From Eledone cirrhosa (lineage: Eukaryota), in assembly GCA_964016885.1 (NCBI GenBank), contig OZ024740.1, positions 176,886,001 to 176,950,000 on the forward strand: DNA of 64,000 nucleotides, in the 5' to 3' direction. This document shows, piece after piece, positions 24,969-40,259 of the stretch. The number at the start of each line of letters is the position of its first letter. The stretch's first letter is position 1. A model generated the notes under the pieces. That model searched no databases. It was not told the DNA's origin and saw only the letters and a list, made by a program, of their open reading frames with translations. The translations under genes were made by a program, and so were the position numbers.

Positions 24969-25213
24969 TGTCAGCATGACTTGGCAAGCGATTTAGAACA
25001 CTGGTCTAACCGATTTACTTCCCTCCGAAGGAAATATATTATCTCGAAAATTAAGGACATTTAAATAAATCTAAGGTAAAAGACTAATTGTCAACAACAT
25101 CTTTTGCATTTGCATTCTTTATTCTATGTCCATACCTGCATTGTTTTGGCTTTATTATACATATACAAACATTTATACCTCTACACAATGCTTCAAGTGA
25201 ACTATAACTTCCT

Positions 25214-25275
<62 letters not shown>

Positions 25276-25369
25276 ATATATATATATATGTATGTATATA
25301 TAAATATATATATATATATATGTATACATATATATATATACACACATATATATATATTTATATATACAT

Positions 25370-25447
<78 letters not shown>

Positions 25448-25736
25448 GTATATATAAATATATATATATATGAATGTATATATAATGTATTTTGCAATAC
25501 ACTTTATGCTTAATTAAAAGCATTTTGAAGACCGTATGCTATTGATTTAGAGTAGTGACAGACTCACTTACTTTAATCTGAGCAAACAGGGGAAGATAAA
25601 GCCGACAAGGCCTTGTTTCTGCATTTGTTGATGCTTATCAAAGCTAACTACTCCCTCCCGTCTACTGAGATCACTGATGTTATATTCTTATAGAATTCTA
25701 GTAAATAATCAGGAACTGATTATACAGAGCGGTTAG

Positions 25737-25845
25737 ATATTTAGTTTAAAATTGAGATCAATATATTAAAAATTGGAATTTAAACATTATAAAATATATA
25801 AAATTCCAATTTTTAATATATTGAGCTCAATTTTAAACTAAATAT
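25737..25845. repeat. AT-rich hairpin
   Basis: atatttagtttaaaattgag-tcaatatattaaaaattggaattt and its reverse complement. Confidence 0.75.
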
Positions 25846-26277
25846 GTAATCATAATTAAACAATGTGTAATTTCTCATATTATATATCTATATTCCATTC
25901 ATGAATATTAATATTTCTAATTTTATTTATGCTTTTCATCCCAATTGTTAACTCAACTTAATATGACATAACTTAAGATTTTCGTTCTCTGCCCCCTCTC
26001 TCTATCTCTATATATCTCTCTCTGGATTTCTTCTCTGTCTGATGGTTTGATATCTCCCCCTTATTTTTCCTCTGTTCTCTTTTCTTTTTGCTTTCTTCTT
26101 TTTCTTTATCTATCTCTCCCTTTCTTTTCTCCACGTTTCTCTCTCTCCATCTTTTTACTTACTCTTAACACTATGACTTACTAAAGTAAACAAATCACTA
26201 TCCTGATGGCCTCCAAAAACAACGGTCAATTTTTAAAGGGGTACGTCAATGTCTACTTATAAACTGTTATATATTGT

Positions 26278-26340
26278 ATTTTGTCTGATGAAGGCATACC
26301 ATAATGTAACTTGGTATCCTTGAAATATATATAATGAAAT
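26278..26340 (+). ncRNA. Type I HHR in a dispersed repeat of about 240 bp (26230-26470; second copy 59930-60170)
   Basis: attttgt-CTGATGA-aggcatacca...tggtatcctt-GAAA-tatata-TA-atgaaat. Confidence 0.8.
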
Positions 26341-26468
26341 AAATGTGGTTTTATAAATATAGTTTCCATTTATTAATATCGTATATCTACTCCAAATATT
26401 TGTCGTGTGCTTTATATCACTTATAAAAATATTTGCTTGTTGTATCCCAACAATTTAAATAAAACTTT

Positions 26469-26504
<36 letters not shown>

Positions 26505-26512
<8 letters not shown>

Positions 26513-26935
26513 GACAGGGGGGAAGAAAAAATGGCTTCACTTGTGCTTTCAACAAATTTATTTTCTTCACAAAATCCAAAAAGAATTTTTTCCCGGATTA
26601 GAAAAAAAATTTTTTCTTAAAAAAAATTATTTTATAAATTAAGTTAGGAGTTCTTGGTTAACGTAGGAGGTATTGTTTCGTTTTTAGAACGACCTTTCAC
26701 GCTGAGGTGCGCTTGTCAAGTTTGACAAGCGCACCTCAGCGTGAAAGGTCGTTCTAAAAACGAAACAATACCTCCTACGTTAACCAAGAACTCCTAACTT
26801 AATTTATAAAATAATTTTTTTTAAGAAAAAATTTTTTTTCTAATCCGGGAAAAAATTCTTTTTGGATTTTGTGAAGAAAATAAATTTGTTGAAAGCACAA
26901 GTGAAGCCATTTTTTCTTCCCCCCTGTCTTAATAT
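26505..26935. mobile_element. Perfect palindrome of about 430 bp folding back at a hammerhead-like core
   Basis: Centre cttgtcaa-gt-ttgacaag near 26720; right arm TTGACAA-gcgc acctca gcgt-GAAA-ggt...acc-TC. Confidence 0.8.
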
Positions 26936-26967
26936 ACCTAACTGTACCAAGGATTACACACATTTTC

Positions 26968-27002
<35 letters not shown>

Positions 27003-27037
27003 CATACATATATATATTTATATATATATGGAAGAAG

Positions 27038-29550
<2,513 letters not shown>

Positions 29551-29574
29551 GCACTGTAATATTATGTATAGTGT

Positions 29575-29615
<41 letters not shown>

Positions 29616-29736
29616 TAGATAGATAGATAGATACATATATATACATATATATATATATATATATTTATATAGATAGATAGATAGATACATATATATACAT
29701 ATATATATATATTTATATATATAGATAGATAGATAC

Positions 29737-29769
<33 letters not shown>

Positions 29770-29790
29770 CATATATAGATAGATAGATAC

Positions 29791-29843
<53 letters not shown>

Positions 29844-29844
29844 C

Positions 29845-30018
<174 letters not shown>

Positions 30019-30114
30019 TTTTCATACATCTATATTATTATATATTTGAAAATTGACCGGTTAATACATTTTTCATACATCTATATTATTATATATTTGA
30101 AACCACGTGTTTTC

Positions 30115-30560
30115 GAACTTGTGAGTACATTTTCCTTTAACTACAAATTATTATTATATACTTTCGTCTTTTCATTAATTTCAAATAACCAGAATATACA
30201 TATATATATATATATATACTCATATTTATATATATACGCTTCTCACTCACACACAAGAAAAACAAAAAACAAAAATAAATTTAAAAAAAAAATATATATA
30301 TTGAAATACTTAACTAAAACACACACACACGAACTTGTGAGTACATTTTCCTTTAACTACAAATTATTATTATATACTTTCGTCTTTTCATTAACTTAAT
30401 TAATTTCAAATAACCAGAATATACATATATATATATACTCATATTTATATATATACGCTTCTCACTCACACACAAGAAAAACAAAAAACAAAAATAAATC
30501 AAAAATAAATTTAAAAAAAAAATATATATATATTGAAATACTTAACTAAAACACACACAC
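30115..30560 (+). repeat. Tandem duplication of about 216 bp in the LINE 5' UTR
   Basis: gaacttgtgagtacattttcctttaac at 30115 and 30331. Confidence 0.85.
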
Positions 30561-30573
30561 ACTCAAAACTAGA

Positions 30574-31752
30574 ATGGCTAACCAGCAAAAATCCAAACAG
30601 AACTGGTCTGATAATGAAATCGACATTCTAATAAACACATGGCATTGCCTTTCCCAAACAGAAGATATAGATGCTTCATCTCTGAACGACATTGCTAAAC
30701 GTACAGTTCAATTTTTGAAAACTCGATCTGAACAACAGATTCAAAATAAATTAAAGCAAATCGAAATTGCTTTTAAATTAATCAATAAACATTTGGATAA
30801 ACTACGGTGTGTTTTCTCTTCGAATGCTGTCCAGCAGCAGCAACAACAACAACAGCAGCTACAACAGCAACAACAACAACAACAGCAGCTACAACAGCAA
30901 CAACAACAACAGCTACAACAACAACATCAACAACAGCTACAACAACAACATCAACAACAGCAACAACAACAGTGTGAACCACTCCTTGATTCATCAACAA
31001 TGGCCGATCTACTAAATGAAACTATTGACCCCCCAGTAGCCTCTGTCTCACAGCATGAAACGCCACATACTTTCTCTGGCCCAGCAGTCCAATCATCACC
31101 ACTGCCAACATCTCTGCCTACTACTACTACTACTACTACAACATTTTTGTCTACTGCTATGTCAAGGAATTTACCTTCTAATACCAGAACAAGAACTCTC
31201 CCTCCCACAGTCCACAAAGGTCGTCAAATCCTACCCAAACCATCATCTACACCTCTCACAACACCCACACCCATATACCCACCCACTCGAAACCCCATCA
31301 TTTGCCGCTACTCTCTACGCTATAGAATATGTACGGATAGTGGCTGCAAATTCACCCATTTACCTAGGACAAAACGATCTATCCCCACAAACAGCCACCA
31401 CCATAATACATACTCTAATTTAACACCAACACAACCACCAATAACTCAAACAAGGAATCCACAAATCTGCCGTTTTTCCCTGCGAGACAGATTGTGTTTA
31501 GACCGGGATTGTCCCTTTACCCATCTCCCGGGGACCCGTCGGATAAATGAAAATAAAAGCAAAAACAAAAACCATAACCTACATAAAAATAACCACTACC
31601 ACAGTCACCAACAGTCTTCTAAACAGGAAACTTCTTCCTCTTTTTTAGCCATAATGAATCTGGCAAAAGAACTGGAAAAAAACATTCGAGCTATCACCCA
31701 GCACCACCCTCCACTATCACCCCACTGCACAAACTCCCATTGCTGCCATTAA
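30574..31752 (+). CDS. LINE ORF1: Myb/trihelix-like N-terminus, polyQ tract, two CCCH zinc fingers
   Basis: WSDNEIDILINTW...RSEQQIQNKLKQI; C-x8-C-x4-C-x3-H twice (CRYSLRYRICTDSGCKFTH, CRFSLRDRLCLDRDCPFTH). Confidence 0.8.
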   Translation: MANQQKSKQNWSDNEIDILINTWHCLSQTEDIDASSLNDIAKRTVQFLKTRSEQQIQNKLKQIEIAFKLINKHLDKLRCVFSSNAVQQQQQQQQQLQQQQQQQQQLQQQQQQQLQQQHQQQLQQQHQQQQQQQCEPLLDSSTMADLLNETIDPPVASVSQHETPHTFSGPAVQSSPLPTSLPTTTTTTTTFLSTAMSRNLPSNTRTRTLPPTVHKGRQILPKPSSTPLTTPTPIYPPTRNPIICRYSLRYRICTDSGCKFTHLPRTKRSIPTNSHHHNTYSNLTPTQPPITQTRNPQICRFSLRDRLCLDRDCPFTHLPGTRRINENKSKNKNHNLHKNNHYHSHQQSSKQETSSSFLAIMNLAKELEKNIRAITQHHPPLSPHCTNSHCCH

Positions 31753-34700
31753 CAAACAAACAAATTAACAACACACCAAAACAATTAAAACCATCCACTC
31801 TCGCCTCTACATTTTTGCTTAACGCCCAAGGCATCAGCCCTTCCACCAATACTCAAAAATGGAAGATCAAATTCCTGGAGGACTGGATTGATGTCCATCC
31901 AAACCACATCCCTTTCTTCGTCCTCACTGAAACCCATCTCAGTAACCTCCACTTGGAAGCCGAGGTGAAAGTGAAAAATTTCAAAGCCATCCGTGCTGAT
32001 CGCGCTGGCAGAAGAAAGGGCGGAACTGCCATTTATGTCCATAATTCTTTCTCAACAGAGGCTATGAACATATTCACTAATGGATACTGTGAGGCAGTCA
32101 CTGTATTCAGTCAAACCAACAACCTATTAGTAGTTGGGCTCTATAGGCCACCCCAAACGCCTGTACCATGCTTCAAGGAATGCCTCAACAGCATAAAGTG
32201 TTTCATCCAAGAGTGTCACCCTGACAACATCTTAATGATGGGGGACTTCAACCTCCCCGGAGTTGACTGGTCCACAAACACCCTGCCACCAGGTTCTTCT
32301 GCCTCAACCTCTGACAGGGAAGCTGTGGAATCGCTTCTTGACTTCATGGATGATTTCTTCCTATCCCAACTAGTGCTCGAACCAACGAGGTGCCACAAAA
32401 ACGTCCTAGACTTAATTTTCAGCAATCACACTGACAATATCCACAATATTGCAGTGGAGAAAACTCTACTCTCTGATCATGACATGGTTCTCTGTGATCT
32501 GAGATTCCACCGTCCAATATACAAACCCAATGTCATTTCTCCTGTCCATCCGTTTGACGCTATGGATTTCCACAATGCAAACTGGGAAGCGATCAGTCAT
32601 GATCTTGCACATGTCGACTGGTCCTTCACGCACACTCATACACCCACTAACATCAAAAAGTCCTGGCAGACATTTGTGGACACTGTTACAAACATATGTG
32701 CTAAACACACCCCATTAAGAACTATAAACAAATCTAAGAGCAGAATCCCTAGAAATAGAAAAACGCTCATCAGAAAAATTAAGAGAACGAACAAAAAAAT
32801 CAACAATCTGAAATACTGTCAGCAGCAACACATCAACTTGACTGCCATTTCATCACTAGAGATTAAAAAACATAACCTCCAAAACAACATAATGTCCCTC
32901 ATCAACAATCAGAGAAGAGCTGAAGAGGCCTGGGCCATTGAGAAGATCAAACTCAATCCCAAAGTGTTCTTTTCATTTGCAAAAAAACACAAAATCACTG
33001 GCTCTACTGTTGGCCCTCTAATTGATGAAAATGGCACTCTTCAAGACAATGCTAAAACCATGGGTGAGATACTGCAGAAACAATACTGCTCTGTTTTCAG
33101 CAATCCTGATATGGCCGATCTGGGCTGTATCGGCGATGTTACTCCCCATTACACCTTATCGGACATAACGTTTGGCGCCCCTGATGTCTTGGCGGCAATA
33201 AAGGAAATCAAGCATAATTCAGCAGTAGGTCCCGATAGGTTCCCTGCTTGTGTCTTGAAGGCGTGTCAACACCAACTTGCTTCTCCTCTTGCCAATCTGT
33301 GGCGGAACTCACTGGATGCTGGATATGTGCCAGAAAACCTTCTATCCCAGTCTGTTGTCCCAGTTTTCAAAAAGGGAAACAAATCCCTTGCCGTGAATTA
33401 CAGTCCAATCTCACTCACCTCTCATATCATTAAGGTATTTGAGCGAGTGGTGAGATCGCGAATGACCCACTTCCTTGAGAGTAACAATATGCTGAACTCC
33501 AACCAGCATGGATTCCGTAATGGAAGGGATTGCCTGACGCAACTACTGCATCACTTTGATGACATTTTGAGAGCCTTGGGAGAGGGTTCCAACACTGATG
33601 TTATCTACCTTGATTTCAGCAAGGCCTTTGACAGGGTTGATCATAACATTCTACTGAGAAAGCTGTCCAATATTGGTGTCACTGGAAAGCTGCTGCAGTG
33701 GATCAAGAGCTTCCTGTCAAACAGAACCCAACATGTTGTAGTTGAGGGAGTCAAATCAAGCCCAGCCAAAGTCAGTAGTGGAGTCCCACAAGGCACTGTG
33801 TTGGGCCCACTTCTCTTCATCATCTATATTAATGACATCACTGACATCATCAAACACAGCAACATTAAAATTTTCGCTGATGATTCCAAGCTCCAAAAGG
33901 TCATCAATGGCGTGGATGACCGGATAAGCCTTCAGTCAGACCTACTGGCTGTTACCCAATGGGCAGAAAAGAACAACATGTTACTGAACGAAGACAAATT
34001 CGAACTGATCCACTTTGGAAAAGAGGATGCTCTGAAACTCCCGTACTCCCTTCCCTCCGGGGAAACTCTCGTGGCATCTAACAACATCAGAGACTTGGGA
34101 GTAACCGTGGACAGCAACATAAGCTGGACCACGCATATAAGCAGCAAAGTTGACATGGCCCGCAGAATGTGTTCCTGGATCCTCAGAACCTTCCAGTCGA
34201 GAGATTCCCGCACCATTATCCTTCTCTTCTCTACTTTCGCCCGACCACACCTTGAATACTGTTGTCCACTGTGGTCTCCCCACACGAAACAAAGTATCAT
34301 GAAACTTGAAGCTCCTCAAAGGGCAATCACGAAAAAGATAGATGGCATGTCAGACCTTGACTACTGGGGTCGATTGGAAAACCTGAAACTTTACTCACTC
34401 CAACGTCGCCGTGAGCGTTATATTATCTGCATGATGTGGAAAATGTTCCATCATCACTGCCCAAATGATGTTGGCATCGCCTTCAAGATACACCCAAGGC
34501 TTGGGCCCCGTGCTATCCGTCCCATTCAAAAATCTAAATCGCAACTCATAACAACAATACGGCACAATTATTTCACCTCAATCGGCCCTGCTCTCTTCAA
34601 CATCACACCAGGACACGTCAAAACAGAAACTGACCACACAAAATTCAAGAAGTCTTTGGACAAATTCCTCCAAGTAATCCCGGACAAACCACCCACACCC

Positions 34701-34760
34701 GGATATGTCTCCGCAAACAGTAATTCTCTTCTCGAATGGGCCATGGTGCCCAAATCCTGA
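31740..34760 (+). CDS. LINE ORF2: apurinic-like endonuclease + reverse transcriptase
   Basis: LNAQG, LTETHL, GDFN, LDLIF, SDH; DFSKAFD, GVPQGTVLGP, FADD. No ATG before the endonuclease motifs; frame open from 31623. Confidence 0.95.
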   Translation: MLPLTNKQINNTPKQLKPSTLASTFLLNAQGISPSTNTQKWKIKFLEDWIDVHPNHIPFFVLTETHLSNLHLEAEVKVKNFKAIRADRAGRRKGGTAIYVHNSFSTEAMNIFTNGYCEAVTVFSQTNNLLVVGLYRPPQTPVPCFKECLNSIKCFIQECHPDNILMMGDFNLPGVDWSTNTLPPGSSASTSDREAVESLLDFMDDFFLSQLVLEPTRCHKNVLDLIFSNHTDNIHNIAVEKTLLSDHDMVLCDLRFHRPIYKPNVISPVHPFDAMDFHNANWEAISHDLAHVDWSFTHTHTPTNIKKSWQTFVDTVTNICAKHTPLRTINKSKSRIPRNRKTLIRKIKRTNKKINNLKYCQQQHINLTAISSLEIKKHNLQNNIMSLINNQRRAEEAWAIEKIKLNPKVFFSFAKKHKITGSTVGPLIDENGTLQDNAKTMGEILQKQYCSVFSNPDMADLGCIGDVTPHYTLSDITFGAPDVLAAIKEIKHNSAVGPDRFPACVLKACQHQLASPLANLWRNSLDAGYVPENLLSQSVVPVFKKGNKSLAVNYSPISLTSHIIKVFERVVRSRMTHFLESNNMLNSNQHGFRNGRDCLTQLLHHFDDILRALGEGSNTDVIYLDFSKAFDRVDHNILLRKLSNIGVTGKLLQWIKSFLSNRTQHVVVEGVKSSPAKVSSGVPQGTVLGPLLFIIYINDITDIIKHSNIKIFADDSKLQKVINGVDDRISLQSDLLAVTQWAEKNNMLLNEDKFELIHFGKEDALKLPYSLPSGETLVASNNIRDLGVTVDSNISWTTHISSKVDMARRMCSWILRTFQSRDSRTIILLFSTFARPHLEYCCPLWSPHTKQSIMKLEAPQRAITKKIDGMSDLDYWGRLENLKLYSLQRRRERYIICMMWKMFHHHCPNDVGIAFKIHPRLGPRAIRPIQKSKSQLITTIRHNYFTSIGPALFNITPGHVKTETDHTKFKKSLDKFLQVIPDKPPTPGYVSANSNSLLEWAMVPKS

Positions 34761-34844
34761 ATTGAAAGACTTCGCCAGGTGGTGCTATTAAGTTAGACAT
34801 GGCCTGGGCCAATACTGGCCAAAACATTTCAAAGTTATTCAAAG

Positions 34845-34878
<34 letters not shown>

Positions 34879-35086
34879 CGAAGTAGACGTGGTAAGGAAC
34901 CAGATGGACACACCAGAGTATTCAATACTTAGGGTTGTAGTGTGGGTAATAGGATAATGTTAGACCCCGACGTCAGAGCCCAAGCTGTTTCGACGGCTAT
35001 TTCTGGACTCCTGAAATAGCCGTCGAAACGGCTTGAGCTCTGCCGTCGGGGTCTAACATTTTCCTATAGATATAGATAGATATATT

Positions 35087-35184
<98 letters not shown>

Positions 35185-35998
35185 CATGCGTGGGCACACC
35201 CGTGTGTGTGTGTATGATAAGGATGCACCAATAGGCAATGTTGCCGATTGCCGGTTCCCGATTATCGGCTGCCGTTTACCTATGATATAAATATAAAGTG
35301 ATACGAAAATGCATATCATAATTAATTATGAGCTATATATTGTAATTAATCATAATTATGATGCAACTATTAAAGGGGACGTTGTGACTACATTAGTCCT
35401 ATTTCATCGTAGTTACATATTTGTATTGCCATTGAACTGTGTCATTCAACAGAGCCACCCTCCGTATACAATACTTCCAAAGTTTGTAACACTTTGTGTA
35501 ACCATAACACCAACAAATGTTGTCTGAGTATTTGTATATTGATATGAAGCCAGAAGTAATATAATATATATACAATTAACAAAATATGTATAGTAGCTAA
35601 ATCTAGCCTGTTTAATCTCATATACTCGTTTCTCTGTCCTTCACAAAATTGATTGTTAAATTCGATTCACCCACCAAGGATCCCAATGTGTGGTGTTATT
35701 CCTAGCCTGGTTTATTAGGGTTGCTGTTGATTGGTTGCTCTTTTTGAATAAACATGTAATCGGAATGTTTTAAATTTTAAAATTAATTCCTTTTTAAAAG
35801 AACAATTAAGTAGATATCCTATCAGGTGAGTTATATGCTTTCTCTTCTAATTGCACAGATCTGCATTTATAGTGACGAAGGAAACGTATATATATATACA
35901 TACATACAAACAAACACTCATATATAAATATACGCACACACACACACATATATATATATATATGGAGAGAGAGGGAGAGAGGGGGTGAGTCAGATAGT

Positions 35999-36064
<66 letters not shown>

Positions 36065-36178
36065 CAAAGGAAATGTGGTAAGGAACCAGATGGACCATAA
36101 CGCACCAGAGTACTCAATACTTAGAGCAGTCCAGAAATAGCCGTCAAAACGGCTTGAGCTCAGCCGTCGGGGTTAAAC

Positions 36179-36280
<102 letters not shown>

Positions 36281-37309
36281 GCACGTATATATATATGAAC
36301 GTGTCTTTCCGTGTCTGTCTTCATGTTTACATTGCTTTTGTTGCTTATCTCCTTTTACATGAATGTGACCACAAAGATAATAAAACAATATTATTAGAGG
36401 CCAATAGGTCTGAGGAAAGTGTTGTAGGTGATTCATTCACTTCCTGGCTGATACTTATTTCATTTTCTTTAAGCTAAACTGTTTATACAAAAACAAAACA
36501 CACTATTAAAGGAGAAAAAAAAGGAAGTGAAAAGATGAAAAAGAGAAAAAGAATTAAGTAATGAAAGAAAGGGAGAGGGTGTAACGAAACTTCACTCCAG
36601 TATTAGTGGTGTTTTCATCTGCGCTCTGCAGACAAAATGGCTAAGGCATTACCGCGAAGAATGGCCAGCGGAACCCGCTGCAACAGCCACCTTGAAGGAC
36701 AAAAACGAAGTCGACCTTGGCCTTATTTGAAATCTAAGAGAGACGCAATAAAATACTGCAATGAAGAAACTATAAGTCTGCTCGACCAGGATTGTTGAAA
36801 AACTAGACAACAACAAAAACAGCAACACCAACAACGACGATGACGCCGACCACAGATAAACTACTCAAACAAACTGACGACAAAACACATGATAAAGGTA
36901 ACAAAATAAGCTTTTGTCTGACCTGATTTAGATTATAGAGTCAATGGAAATTAAAAGAAAGAAAAATAAAGAAGTAAAAAAAGACAAAAACAAAAAAACA
37001 ACAACATAATAATATACAACTTGCGAAAATGCATAAATAAATAAGCAAAAAGAAATAGGATATCAAAATGAAGTAGCTATAAATTATACTTAATAAATAC
37101 AATGATTGTAGCTTCGAACGTAAGACGAGTCATTTTTTACAAAAATTATGTTGCAACTGTATATTTATGTCAAATATATAAATCTGAATTATTAATTATT
37201 ATTATTTTATATTTTGGTCTTTTATTTATTTATTCATCTATTTATTTATTTATGATATGGCTGATTTAAAAAAAATGACATTACAGCAAATAACAGTAAA
37301 ATGTCATTC

Positions 37310-37385
<76 letters not shown>

Positions 37386-37445
37386 TAGAACACTGGAAGG
37401 TAGTATCCGTAGTCGTAGAGCACTCAGTCCATGGGACAAGTTAGG

Positions 37446-37650
37446 TAGAAGTGGTTACACAACAGTTAGTTCACCATACCGAGAACAAATGTTTCACCTT
37501 AGCGGATCCTCAGCTCGTAATGGACATGGTTATACGGAACAGGAAGGACCTTTCTGTTCCGTATAACCATGTACATTACGAGCTGAGGATCCGCTAAGGT
37601 GAAACAATTGTTCTCGGTATGGTGAACTAACTGTTGTGTAACCACTTCTA
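37446..37650. mobile_element. Palindromic PLE-type terminal remnant with HHRs
   Basis: Inverted arms centred near 37548, followed by (AT)n. Confidence 0.8.
37579..37616 (+). ncRNA. Minimal type I hammerhead ribozyme
   Basis: cgag-CTGAGGA-t cc gctaa gg t-GAAA-caattg-TT-ctcg. Confidence 0.8.
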
Positions 37651-37899
37651 TATATATATATATATATACATACATGGCTAAGTCTGTCGAATATGAACTC
37701 AAAATAGCGGGTGTACAGGTCAAAGACAATGAAAAAGACAACGGAAAAACGGTCAGTCACATCTCCGTAGTCAACCTCTGAGAATCATTACAGTTTCGGT
37801 ATATTAAGGTTGATAGATATCCCAATTCCGTTAACTGACAGAGAAGAGAGAGAACGTTGAGCGAGGGCTTAGCCAACGGGAGAAGAACTATAGAAAAGA

Positions 37900-38090
37900 A
37901 TAATAATTGTTTCTCCTATTGGCACAAGGCCAGAAATTACCCAGTATATTACTGGTACTTTATTTTATCGACCCCGTAAGGATGAAAGGCAAAGTTAACC
38001 TTGGCGGGATTTGAACTCAGAATGGCAAGGGCCGTAACTCTATGCGTCAAAGCATGGCGTCCGAACCTCTACCGATACTGCCAATCAAAA
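37900..38090 (-). mobile_element. tRNA-derived SINE (Octopus-type)
   Basis: tttatcgaccccgtaaggatgaaaggcaaagttaaccttggcgggatttgaactcag; B-box GAGTTCAAATCC on the minus strand. Confidence 0.8.
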
Positions 38091-38932
38091 GAATAATAAT
38101 AACAGTATTCCACCATGCAAACAAAGGAAAATGACACTGAGGCCTACAAAAGATAAGAATAGAGGATAAGATAGATAAGAATAGAGGATAGCGGAAGACA
38201 GAGTGGTGTGATGCCCATTATATGACTAAATGGCTAATTCTTTAGAATATGAATTCAATACAGGGGGCGCACAGGGCAAGAAGAAGGGAAAAAAACATGG
38301 AAAAAGGGATAGTCCCACCTCTTCAGTCAACCGCTGCATATCACTACAGTTTTGATGCATTAAGGTTAAAAATGTATATGTACGTCAATACTCATCTGTT
38401 TGCATTTCTCTACTATCAGGCTAAAATTTCTTTAATAAAAAAAATACGGTGAAAGCTTCTATTATCTAATTTCAAACTTGCTCGCTGTTTCAAAACATAC
38501 TTATATATATATATATATGTGTAAATATGAGAATAAACGTGCTGCGGAGTAGCAAATGGGTTACATATGAATAAAGTGGTCCTTCATCAGTGATATTCCA
38601 ACCATCATCGGTATTTCTTCGCTTTAAAGACCATATACCTCCGGTTGGTGCGAGCAACGGCTAAAGAAAGTCGTTGGGACGTGTAAATAAAGGGAACAGC
38701 GAGAGTGTAAACAAACAAAGATGGTGAAGCAACGAAAAGTGAGGAACAACGAGTCAAGTCCCAAATTTCCATGAATATAAGTTCGGTGAAATCGTGAACG
38801 AGAGAGAATAAAGACCATCAAACCTGGTTGAAATGTGAGCAAGGAAGGAATTTCGCACAGGTCTAACGGGAGGAAGAAGGGGTATAGTCCGTGAATTCGG
38901 TAAACATAAGTTAGGTGAAATCGTAGACGAGA

Positions 38933-38987
<55 letters not shown>

Positions 38988-39220
38988 AATTCTGGTTGAA
39001 ATAACGTCCAGAAAATCGTTAGAATTAACCGGTGCTGTAGGAATCATGTATGATTGAAATAAATTATATATAAACAAAAATCGTATACGAAGCTAGAACA
39101 TTCTAACTTATCTAAAGTTTATAGAAAATGTAGTATGCGCAGGGGCAGAAGATCACTGCAATACAGTCAGTAAAAATAAAATAGGGTAAATACTCTTAGA
39201 GGTGGAAAAAGAAAATTGAT

Positions 39221-39294
39221 AGCGGCCTCTACAGATGATCGAACCTTGTATCTCTCAGACACCGACTGAGTGCTGAAGCCATGGAGCTAAAGGA
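39221..39294 (-). pseudogene. Degenerate tRNA-like sequence or SINE head
   Basis: Minus strand TAGCTCCATGG (A box) ... GGTTCGATC (B box) at tRNA spacing; stems imperfect. Confidence 0.45.
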
Positions 39295-39459
39295 CTTCTG
39301 ACAATATTTTCCGCCTGAATTAGGGAGCTAAATCAAACAGCTTTGAACATGTAAATAAACATCTTATGCAAAGCTCGAAATTTCAAACTTTCGAAAGCGC
39401 TGAGAGAATAAAATTTACAGAATATTGTGTCCTAAGTAGCAGAAAAAATATTCTATACT

Positions 39460-40138
39460 AAAAATGTGGTCGTTTTGGAAGCCTCAACAATGCAGATGGA
39501 TAAATCTCCGGGTAACAGAATCCGGTGGTGAAGAGAGAGATGTAAGAGGAAATGTTGAATGAGATGTATAGTGTGTAGAGGAACGTAGGAAAGAAAATAA
39601 TAACACGAGATAGAGTTACCTTGGGAAGAGATTTTTTTTTCCTAAAACGCTGCCTAAAAAATGATGTCATCCCCACCACCATCAGGAACATCCGCTTACC
39701 AGGATGCCTAACAAAGACTGAATATAGGTAGTATAATGGATTGACAGCTAGCACCATCCCACTCCCACAATAAAGAGGAGCTGCCTTGACCTTTGCTTGA
39801 CCTCACCTATTCCGCGCGCACCGCGCTCTACAGAATATCTCAGTTACACACAAACGGCAGACAACAGAGGCCACGTACCTCTTCGACAGATAACTTTTCC
39901 CCTCGGAAAATCCCCCAGATGATGGATGCGAAATCCAAAATATAGGGACAATTAAATCTCTCCCAAGGTAACTCTGTCTCGTGTTATTATTTTTATTTTA
40001 CGCTCTTTCCTACGTTCCTCTACACACTATACATCTCATTCTACATTTCCTATTACATCTCTCTCTTCACCACCGGATTCTGTTACCCGGAGATTTATCC
40101 ATCTGCATTGTTGAGGCTTCCAAAACAACCAAATTTTT
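39460..40138. repeat. Inverted repeat, arms of about 175 bp with a spacer of about 320 bp
   Basis: 39460-39635 is the reverse complement of 39954-40138. Confidence 0.85.
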
Positions 40139-40259
40139 TATTATTCTACAATGCTTCAAGCAAACTTCAATACTCTCCTATTCTATACTGTATTCATTTT
40201 TGTATTAAACAAAAACATTTCTTTAATAAGATAATAAATGAGTAACTACGTGAATATAA

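Noticed and set aside
35215-35290. hAT/MITE terminal repeats (also about 53068 and 12634)
   Set aside because: Only one end seen; no partner repeat or target-site duplication.
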